IMG/VR virus record: IMGVR_UViG_2756170199_000003
Span: 1-64,000 of that record
Reading direction: 5' to 3' (one strand)
DNA: 64,000 nucleotides
Source of the DNA: a virus
Lineage: Duplodnaviria; Caudoviricetes
Positions 10,015-17,733 of this stretch are shown here, piece by piece; position 1 is the stretch's first letter, and every line of letters begins with the position of its first letter. Made by a program: the position numbers and the translations under genes. The notes under the pieces are model-generated. The model saw only the letters and a program-made list of their open reading frames with translations, ran no database searches and had not been told where the DNA came from.

Positions 10015-10733
10015 GCCTTGTCGAGTATTTTGGCAGGAACACCAAAGGAAGAGACATCGCAGCCGGCGACATCCATGGCATGTTTCACCTGCTCACCGAA
10101 CTGCTTCATCTGATCAGTTTCGATCCGGACGTCGACCGTCTTTTCTGCACCGGGGATCTCGTCGATCGGGGCCACGAATCCAACTGTGTTCTCACCTGGC
10201 TTGAGCATCCATGGTTCCACACGGTGCGTGGTAATCACGATGATTTCGCCATCCGTTGGCCGCGTGGCACCGTCGACCCCGCCGTTTATCTGTCCAATGG
10301 CGGCCTGTGGAATATCGAGAACCCGCCTGAGCTACAGCAGCGCATAGCGCACACACTCGAACGCCTGCCCATCGCCATCGAGGTCGAAACCGCAGCGGGC
10401 GTGATTGGCATTGTTCACGCCGACTGTCCGGTTCCTTCGTGGCGGGACTTCGTCAACGGCCTCACCGATCCGCGATTTCCTCCTGAAAAGCGTGATCGTC
10501 TCGCGGGTCTTGCCATGTGGTCACGCGCCCGGATCCAGGCGCTCGATCCGTCGGGCGTTGGCGATATTCACGCGATCGTGGTTGGACACACGCCCGTCAG
10601 AGGCTACAGCGCGCTTGGCAACGTGCACTACATCGACACTGGCGCAGTGTTCGACGACGGACACTTCACGCTGCTCAACCTCGCAAACCTCACGCCTATT
10701 CACCCACCAGCGCGCGAACTGCATTGGGACTAG
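10011..10733 (+). CDS. Calcineurin-like metallophosphoesterase (NinI/PphA-type Ser/Thr phosphatase)
   Basis: GDIHG, GDLVDRG, RGNHD, VHAD, GHTP and IDTGA motifs. Confidence 0.9.
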   Translation: MSLVEYFGRNTKGRDIAAGDIHGMFHLLTELLHLISFDPDVDRLFCTGDLVDRGHESNCVLTWLEHPWFHTVRGNHDDFAIRWPRGTVDPAVYLSNGGLWNIENPPELQQRIAHTLERLPIAIEVETAAGVIGIVHADCPVPSWRDFVNGLTDPRFPPEKRDRLAGLAMWSRARIQALDPSGVGDIHAIVVGHTPVRGYSALGNVHYIDTGAVFDDGHFTLLNLANLTPIHPPARELHWD

Positions 10734-10763
10734 CAGAAGCCCACGGCAATAAAACGGAAGTCG

Positions 10764-10775
10764 GACATATATCAC
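10764..10775 (+). promoter_or_regulatory. Candidate early (vRNAP) promoter GACATATATCAC
   Basis: AT-rich motif resembling the phiKZ early consensus TATATTAC, about 60 bp upstream of 10834; related motif on the minus strand at 37961-37974. Confidence 0.45.
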
Positions 10776-10833
10776 GGAACGGATCAGTCAGCGGGGACGT
10801 GCCACGCACGCCCTTTCCATTCCCGTTCCGGAG

Positions 10834-11784
10834 ATGTCCATGGGTCGCAAAAACAGGAATCCATTCCCTTTCACCGTTGATCCGCACAAGCACGCCATCG
10901 TCGAGCTGATGCGAGGTCTTTTTTCCAGACACAACCCGTACAAGGTTTTCACTGACTTTGTCGAAATCTCGGCGATCGCACTCAGCAACCCGCCTGACTA
11001 CAAGCTCAATCGCGCGCGGTATGACAAGCGCGAGAAACGCTACCTGGACATCGTCAAGGGATACACCAAAGACGAACTGAACGACTTCTGTCGCATGTTT
11101 GCGGAACTGGTGCTGTGTTACGAGCAACGGGTCGCTGCACTTGGCGCAGCAGGCCTCAAACCGGATGGCTTCGCCGATGTTGGCGACGTGCTCGGCAGCA
11201 TCTTCAGCCTGCTGGAAATCGGCAACGACCGGCTGGGCCAATTCTTCACGCCCTATACCGTCTCGGCCATGATGGCCAGAATGATCCTCAGCGAGGACGA
11301 GCTTTACGAGAAGACTCGTACTAACGGCTTCGTCTCCGTGCTAGAGCCAGCCTGTGGCGCGGGCGGCATGGTCATCGCGGTAGCCGAGATGGTTCACAAG
11401 CTCGGATTCAACTACCAGAAGCAGATGCATGCCTACTGTGTCGACAAGGACGCTTGCTGCGTGCACATGGCCTATATCCAGCTCGCACTCCTCGGCATTC
11501 CGGCGACAGTTGTTCACGGCAACTCGCTCACGAACGAAACATGGGACACATGGTACACGCCGATGCATTTCGTTGGTGGCTGGAATTATCGCCTTCGAAA
11601 CCGGCTTGAGAAAGAAAAGATCCTGATCGATCCCGCTGCAAAGGCATCCCAGCCAGCGTCCAAAATCATCGTACCCGAAACAGCATCTCCCGAAAGCCGT
11701 AATCAGGACACAGGGCTTCGACCTTCGCAGACGTCTTCGAGCAAGGCGCACCCCAAGGAAACGCGCGTTTCCTCTTCCGCCTGA
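10834..11784 (+). CDS. N-6 DNA methylase-like SAM-binding protein lacking catalytic motif IV
   Basis: GQFFTP and EPACGAGGM motifs present; the protein reaches HGNSL with no following NPPY/F. Confidence 0.75.
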   Translation: MSMGRKNRNPFPFTVDPHKHAIVELMRGLFSRHNPYKVFTDFVEISAIALSNPPDYKLNRARYDKREKRYLDIVKGYTKDELNDFCRMFAELVLCYEQRVAALGAAGLKPDGFADVGDVLGSIFSLLEIGNDRLGQFFTPYTVSAMMARMILSEDELYEKTRTNGFVSVLEPACGAGGMVIAVAEMVHKLGFNYQKQMHAYCVDKDACCVHMAYIQLALLGIPATVVHGNSLTNETWDTWYTPMHFVGGWNYRLRNRLEKEKILIDPAAKASQPASKIIVPETASPESRNQDTGLRPSQTSSSKAHPKETRVSSSA

Positions 11785-11886
11785 AATGCAATCACACCAT
11801 CCCGAGACATCAACGACTGCATTCATTTTTGCGTGGTGTTTCCTGGTGCCCTCCCCGTCATTTGAATTTACCTTAGGAGAACTATA

Positions 11887-12129
11887 GTGGAACAGATAGA
11901 ACCGTCATCACAGTCCGACATCGAGATCTTTACTGACGTCGAGATTCATCTTCGCGACGCAGAAAATGCGCTTGCCATAGCGATTGCAAAGTTTGGCCCG
12001 CGCTGCGGCGGATATCGACGCTTTTCCGGCGCTTACCGGCACTACAAGAAGGCCATCGGCACGCTGCTACGACTGCGCGATTTCCGTAGCCAGCTTGAGG
12101 GCGCAATCCAGCGAGCCGGCAACTCATGA
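11887..12129 (+). CDS. Hypothetical protein
   Basis: AGGAGA RBS upstream of a GTG start; ends before a terminator. Confidence 0.5.
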   Translation: MEQIEPSSQSDIEIFTDVEIHLRDAENALAIAIAKFGPRCGGYRRFSGAYRHYKKAIGTLLRLRDFRSQLEGAIQRAGNS

Positions 12130-12173
12130 AGCCTCGAAAGCCCCACCAATCAACTGCTGCCCCGTAATCGCCA

Positions 12174-12227
12174 GCATAAGAGCCAGAGCGTCATCGCGCT
12201 CTGGCTCTTATGCCCTTTCTTTTTTTT
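12174..12227 (+). terminator. Intrinsic terminator
   Basis: Perfect 17-bp inverted repeat GCATAAGAGCCAGAGCG (12174-12190) / CGCTCTGGCTCTTATGC (12197-12213), followed by a long T tract, between convergent genes. Confidence 0.88.
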
Positions 12228-12234
12228 CACTTCC

Positions 12235-12759
12235 TCATCCCGACCCATCAGGTCCTTCACCATCTGATGGGTCGACTGGATTCGGGATCTCAGCCGGCAC
12301 GACGTTGAGCTTCACCCGCCCGCAAAACGCAAGTGACAGATGACTGGCCACGAGATACGCCACGTCTTCCTGCCCGTACACGCGGTTGTCAATGTCCTCC
12401 TTCTCGAGCTTTAGCCCTGACCACCGGTTAATCGCCGGCAGGATGCTCCAGACATCGAACGGGAAGCCTGGTACGGGAACCGCCTCATAGGCACGCAACG
12501 GACGAATCGATCCCAGATCAATACGCCGGTAAAAGAGCACCTTGCTTCCACTGAAACAGGGGTTTCCCCGGTCCGTCGGATGGATCGTGACAACTACTTT
12601 CATATCGCAACGCAGCGGGTCTATGCGACGAGGCTTCGTCGGCACCGGCCGCCCGAAACTCACACCCTGCTCAGGCAGCGCAAAACCTGAGGTAAACCAG
12701 ATCAGGTCGCGAAGGATCTCACGTGATGTTCTGCCATAGATGGAGAAAAGCGGTTTCAT
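12235..12759 (-). CDS. Putative virion/tail-associated protein (YRRIDL-type domain)
   Basis: ATG at 12759 after GAGGA. G...FYRRIDL...LPAIN...GL.L...DI and SLAFCG pattern is common in jumbo phage tail proteins; last gene of the fibre operon. Confidence 0.55.
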   Translation of the reverse strand: MKPLFSIYGRTSREILRDLIWFTSGFALPEQGVSFGRPVPTKPRRIDPLRCDMKVVVTIHPTDRGNPCFSGSKVLFYRRIDLGSIRPLRAYEAVPVPGFPFDVWSILPAINRWSGLKLEKEDIDNRVYGQEDVAYLVASHLSLAFCGRVKLNVVPAEIPNPVDPSDGEGPDGSG

Positions 12760-12769
12760 CGTCAGGTCC

Positions 12770-14674
12770 TCACGAAGCCGGCGGCTGGTTGTTGATATAT
12801 CCCAGTGGGGGCTGTGCACCCTGAGGTGAACCTACAATGTTGACGGCGTAGGATCGTGCCGACCCGGCCTGACCCACGGAACTGCTCCCGGCGTAGGCTG
12901 TGTAGAGGCCCGAACCCGTCTGCAGGAAACTGTCCGAATGCGCGTTGGACAGGGCGACGTTGTCTCCTATGGACGATGTGAATGTCATGCCATCGAGGCT
13001 GCCCTTGAGCACGTAGACCGTGATGATGCTGCCTGAGCGGAAGAAGCCCTGGATCTGTCCGCCACCGTTGACCGAGAAAAAGGGGAAGTTGCCTGTCACT
13101 GTGGTGTCGCCGCCGGATGACTGGAACCCGCCGAGGCTGGACAGACTGCGGGCAATGACGAGATTGCGGCCGAAATTTGCAGCCATTGCTCCGGAATAGT
13201 TCACGTCGAAGTATTGCGTGGTCGATTCCGTCACCGGATGGCCGCTCGCGTTGATCTGGGCCTGTGCATTGTTCAGATCTCCGGCCAGATTGTTCCATGG
13301 GCCTACGCACCCGATCCCCTGTGCGCTGACCTGGTGCGGATTGTTGAAGTTGTTGACGTGTCCAACCATGACCGCGTTGTTATTGTTGTAATACGCGAGC
13401 AGGCTCGAGAGCGCGTTGCTGACGGCTGAGTCGATCGCGGCACTCGCCATCCCGCTGATCGCGCCAATGCTATCCGCGTGCGGATTCGAAAGGTTTGCCG
13501 CATGTGCTGATACCGCGCTGGCCAGTGACTGCAACTGGGCGGCCGGCCAGGTTCCCAGTTGCGCCGGAGTCAGTTCGTGAGGATTTGCGGTGTTGCCGAT
13601 ATGGGTATTGAGCGTCGCGAGTGCGGCAGTCGCCCCGGACGTCACCGCATTGGCCGCTGCACTGATCGCTGCCGAGATGTCCGCGGCACTTAGTGTGCCA
13701 AGTTCGGCCGGCGTTGTCTGGTGTGGGTTACTGGTGTTGTTGATGTGCGCATTCATCGCGCTCACGTTCGATGCCAGCACGGCATTCACACCAGCCTGGG
13801 CAACGCTGATCTGGTTGTTCGCCTGCGCCACCGAATACATGTCAACCTGAACAAGCGTGGTCTGGTGCGGGTTGCCGTAGTCGGTAACGTGGTTCTCCAG
13901 CGTCTGATCGACATCGGCGTCGGCCGCAATGCGTGCAGCTGTCTCCACCGCAATGGCTGCATCCTGCTGGGGCTGGGTCAGCGCCTCAACCTGGGCCGGC
14001 GTAAGTTCGTGCGGATTGCCGCGATCGGCTTCGTGCGCGCTGAGCAGGTCGAGCTGGCCGTTGACTGCCTGCGTTTGCGTACTGTCCGCGCCGTCCGCAT
14101 ATGCTTTAACCTCGTCCTGCGAAATGGGATCGCCCATCAGCGCCAGCTGCTGAAGACGGTCGATCGCATGGACGACATACTCGAAGGTGATCAGCCCTTC
14201 CTGCCCCGCGTCATGCAGCGCCTGTGAGGGCGGCAGATTTACGACATCGTCGATAACCGACGGCCAGAGAGTCGGACGGGTATCCGGTTCGTAAGTCTGG
14301 ATTGCGTTGGCGATCGCGCTCTGGGGCGTCGCGTACTGTGCGCCAAGCGCCTGGTAATCGAGCCCGATCGCTGACGACACGTCCGGGTCCGTGATCACGA
14401 TGATCGAAACAATCTCTGTCGCGGCCCGTGAACCACTGGCCGCTCCATACTTCGCAGTCGCCAGATCCATGATCCCGGACAGGAAATACTGGGCGACGTT
14501 GAGCGGCTGACCGGTCGCCATGTCCCGCACGATGAGACTCGAGGCGTAAAATCCGCCATAGTCTGTTGCAATGGCCCGGATACCGGCGGATCCGATGGTG
14601 TAGTGTTCGTCGGTGATGTGATTCGATGGAGCGAGGCCTGTTGCGTCCAGTGGCAAAGTCATGACGTCCGACAT
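12770..14674 (-). CDS. Tail fibre-like protein (phiKZ gp131-135 family), six NPH repeats plus a C-terminal head domain
   Basis: N-terminal LPLDATG..N.I..E and YQALG motifs; six H-x5-NPH repeats; about 150-aa beta-rich C-terminus. Confidence 0.78.
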   Translation of the reverse strand: MSDVMTLPLDATGLAPSNHITDEHYTIGSAGIRAIATDYGGFYASSLIVRDMATGQPLNVAQYFLSGIMDLATAKYGAASGSRAATEIVSIIVITDPDVSSAIGLDYQALGAQYATPQSAIANAIQTYEPDTRPTLWPSVIDDVVNLPPSQALHDAGQEGLITFEYVVHAIDRLQQLALMGDPISQDEVKAYADGADSTQTQAVNGQLDLLSAHEADRGNPHELTPAQVEALTQPQQDAAIAVETAARIAADADVDQTLENHVTDYGNPHQTTLVQVDMYSVAQANNQISVAQAGVNAVLASNVSAMNAHINNTSNPHQTTPAELGTLSAADISAAISAAANAVTSGATAALATLNTHIGNTANPHELTPAQLGTWPAAQLQSLASAVSAHAANLSNPHADSIGAISGMASAAIDSAVSNALSSLLAYYNNNNAVMVGHVNNFNNPHQVSAQGIGCVGPWNNLAGDLNNAQAQINASGHPVTESTTQYFDVNYSGAMAANFGRNLVIARSLSSLGGFQSSGGDTTVTGNFPFFSVNGGGQIQGFFRSGSIITVYVLKGSLDGMTFTSSIGDNVALSNAHSDSFLQTGSGLYTAYAGSSSVGQAGSARSYAVNIVGSPQGAQPPLGYINNQPPAS

Positions 14675-14698
14675 GAAAAGTACTCCTGAACGTCGAGG

Positions 14699-16108
14699 TC
14701 AATGGTAAGAAAGGTTGTTGATGGCACCCTGCAACGCGGCCTGCCATTGCGCGTAGGTCCAGCCGCCGAGCATGGCGGGCGTAGTCCCATGCGGATTGTT
14801 GAAGTTGCCGGTGTGGCCGTTGATGGTGTTAGCCTGCGGCGTGAGGTACGAGTTGTTTCCGGGGTTGACCAGGTTGTTCGTGATGTTGCTGCTGATCTGG
14901 GCTGCGGTAAGCGTGCCTACCTGCGCCGCCGTCAACTGGTGCGGGTTGGCTGTGTTGCCGATATGGTTCGAGGCCTGGGTGTTGACCGTGCTGATGCTGC
15001 CGCTGTCCCAGCCGCTTATCTGGGAGAGCGTGGTCTGGTGCGGATTGCTGTAGTTGGTGATGTGACTGTTGAGTCCATCTTCAACCGACGTGAGCTGACT
15101 GGCCGCCGGCTGCATTGCCGTCGAGATCACGCTGTTGATCTGCGTGGTCGTGAGACCGTCGATCTGGGTGAGCGTCACTTCGTGTGGGTTGTTGGTATCG
15201 GCAGCGTGCCTGGCCATCGTGGCTGCGTCCTGCGCGAGCGTCGCGTCAAGGGCCGCCACAATCACGCCCAGGTTTGCATCCGCTTCCTCTGTTGTGTAGC
15301 CACCGACGAGCGCTGCGGTATCCACGTGAGGATTGGACCTGTTGGCCACATGCGTTGCGATGTTGCCAAGCAGCGTGCTGTCGCCCACCTCACGCGCGTT
15401 GCTCTGGTTCGCGATCAGTGCCGTAACCTGCGCGGCGGAATACATGTTGAGTTGCGCAAGCGTCGTCTGATGAGGGTTGCCGTAGTTCGTGATATGCGCC
15501 GAAAGCTGCTGCGCGAGATTGTCGATATCCCCGTTCCTCAGGCTGACCTGCTGGTCGACGAAGCTCAGCACCGCGTCATACGAGGCGGATTCGGCAAGAC
15601 TCACAATCCCCATCAGCATCTCGATTGCGGTGACAATGTAGTCCCAGTCATACGTGTCGCCGATCGCATGCAGATGCGGCACGGGCGCATAGGTATCGGG
15701 CCGGTTCGTGATGTTCTGGAAAGCGACGCCGCGCGTGTCGTCGGAAAGCGCTGTAATTGCGTCGGCAATTGCCGCAAGCGGCTGGCTGTAGTCGCCGCCC
15801 AGCGCCTGATAGGTGATGAGTACGTTCGGGCTCACGCCCGGATCGGTGATCACGATCACGGCATCGACTTCGTGACCGGTGAGCCGCGACGCGTGTTCGT
15901 GCAGGAACTGGAAGCGGTACTGCAGCGGCAACAGGGTCTGCTGCGTGAAGGCGTCCACCACCTGCACAGAAGCCGCAAAAAAGAGGCCCTGCAGGGGGGC
16001 GATCACACGTACCGGCATGGTCCCGATCGCATGGGGCTCGCCGGTCACGAAATTCCTGCGTCTTTGGCCCGACAGGTCGAGCTCGTAGCGATAGAGGTTG
16101 GGTATCAT
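14699..16108 (-). CDS. Tail fibre-like protein, six NPH repeats
   Basis: YELDLSG..N...E.H and YQALGG N-terminal domain; six H-x5-NPH repeats; no C-terminal domain. Confidence 0.78.
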   Translation of the reverse strand: MIPNLYRYELDLSGQRRRNFVTGEPHAIGTMPVRVIAPLQGLFFAASVQVVDAFTQQTLLPLQYRFQFLHEHASRLTGHEVDAVIVITDPGVSPNVLITYQALGGDYSQPLAAIADAITALSDDTRGVAFQNITNRPDTYAPVPHLHAIGDTYDWDYIVTAIEMLMGIVSLAESASYDAVLSFVDQQVSLRNGDIDNLAQQLSAHITNYGNPHQTTLAQLNMYSAAQVTALIANQSNAREVGDSTLLGNIATHVANRSNPHVDTAALVGGYTTEEADANLGVIVAALDATLAQDAATMARHAADTNNPHEVTLTQIDGLTTTQINSVISTAMQPAASQLTSVEDGLNSHITNYSNPHQTTLSQISGWDSGSISTVNTQASNHIGNTANPHQLTAAQVGTLTAAQISSNITNNLVNPGNNSYLTPQANTINGHTGNFNNPHGTTPAMLGGWTYAQWQAALQGAINNLSYH

Positions 16109-16165
16109 CGACGCCGCCTTTTCCTGCGAAATACTTGGGGCCAGGGCGCGTGTTGGCGCTGAAAC

Positions 16166-17620
16166 TCAGGGCAGCGCCGCGATGGCGTAGGCAGCCGTAC
16201 CGCCTGGCCCCTGCAACTGGTTGATTGCGTTCTGCAAGGCACCGGCCGAATAGCCGCCCGCGCCGGTATTGGCGAGCGTGTCCTGATGCGGATTGCTGTA
16301 GTTGCCTGTATGCGCCGAGATGTAGCCGTTCAGGGAATTCACATCGGCAACGATCTGGTTAAGGGCCGCGGCAATGTTGTTGTTGATGGTCGCGGACGCG
16401 TATGTACCGAGCTGCGCTACTGTCACCTGATGCGGATTGCTCAGGTTATTGACGTGCGAGGTGAGCGGATTGACGATGCTGTTCTGGATCGTCGTATAGG
16501 TCCACGTGCCAACGTTGGCCGCGCTATCCTGATGCGGATTGCTGGTGTTCGTGACGTGGTTGTTGACGGCTGTCGCAAGGCCTGCGGCCTGGGAGGCCGG
16601 CGCCGTGGCACCCGCAGTCGCCGCACTCGTGATCTGGCCGCTCGTGAGCGTGCCGATGTTCGCTGCGGTGTCCTGGTGCGGATTGCCGAAGTTGGCAAAG
16701 TGCGCGTTCTGCACGGCCTCCGTTGCCGTGATCGACTGCGTGAGCGCAGCCTGCATGGCTGCCATAGCCGAGTCCGACTGCGCTGTCGAATATCCACCGA
16801 TCTGGTTAGCCGTCACCTTGTGCGGATTACTGTGATCGGCGATATGGGCTTCGAGTGCAGCCTCGATTACCGCGTCGGCGGCCTGCTGGTTGCCGGTCTC
16901 AATGGCAATCGCCGCAGTGGTTTCCTGCGTCGTATAGCCACCGATCAGGTGCGCGGTATCCTGATGCGGATTGCCGAAATCAGTTTCGTGCGCGTTCAGC
17001 GCCGCAAGCGCGCCCGCGATTGAGTCCAGCACTTCGTTCACGCAGCTCTGCGCATAGGCCATCAGCTCACCCTGCGCCCCACCCTGGCCCTGCAGGAGCG
17101 ACGCACTGAGCCTCTGAAGCGCGACGACAATGTATTCAGTGCCGTAGATGTCTTCGGGAATATGAGGATGGTGTGGTGTCGGCGGATAGGCTGCCGGTTT
17201 GGCCGTCACGCCCGACCAGCTCACAGGACCATTGTTGATATGCAGGTTGTCGATTGCGATCTGCAGCGCACCGAGCGAGACGTTGTTCACGCCGCCCAAT
17301 GCCTGGTAGGTCACGCGCACCGTTTCGCTCACCGTCAGGTCGGTGATCAGCACAACCTCGTCGATTTCGCTGCCGCACCGCATGGATGCGGCAATGTCCA
17401 TCTGCATCGGGTAGTACTGCACGCCAGGCGTCAATGCCATGCCCGTGGCGTCGTCGATCACGATCAGCGAATCGCTGAAGTACAGGCCATAGTTGAGGGG
17501 AAACGCGCGGATGGCACGCAGGCCGATGACCTGGATCTCATCTTCGATGAGATTGCTCCTCGCGTGCCCGCCCGGATCGAAGGGCAGCGACACAGGGAGC
17601 GAAACCGGTGGAGTGGACAT
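16166..17620 (-). CDS. Tail fibre-like protein, six NPH repeats
   Basis: ATG at 17620 after GGAGGG; LPFDPGG..N.I..E and YQALGG; six H-x5-NPH repeats. Confidence 0.78.
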   Translation of the reverse strand: MSTPPVSLPVSLPFDPGGHARSNLIEDEIQVIGLRAIRAFPLNYGLYFSDSLIVIDDATGMALTPGVQYYPMQMDIAASMRCGSEIDEVVLITDLTVSETVRVTYQALGGVNNVSLGALQIAIDNLHINNGPVSWSGVTAKPAAYPPTPHHPHIPEDIYGTEYIVVALQRLSASLLQGQGGAQGELMAYAQSCVNEVLDSIAGALAALNAHETDFGNPHQDTAHLIGGYTTQETTAAIAIETGNQQAADAVIEAALEAHIADHSNPHKVTANQIGGYSTAQSDSAMAAMQAALTQSITATEAVQNAHFANFGNPHQDTAANIGTLTSGQITSAATAGATAPASQAAGLATAVNNHVTNTSNPHQDSAANVGTWTYTTIQNSIVNPLTSHVNNLSNPHQVTVAQLGTYASATINNNIAAALNQIVADVNSLNGYISAHTGNYSNPHQDTLANTGAGGYSAGALQNAINQLQGPGGTAAYAIAALP

Positions 17621-17733
17621 GAACCCTCCCACGTATCTGACCCGGTACGGAGTCAGCTCTCCCACGAACGCTGGCCACAAAGCCTGGTGCCATAGGGAGA
17701 GGCAGTTTGTGGGCCGTAGGCTCCGGGGCGAAA

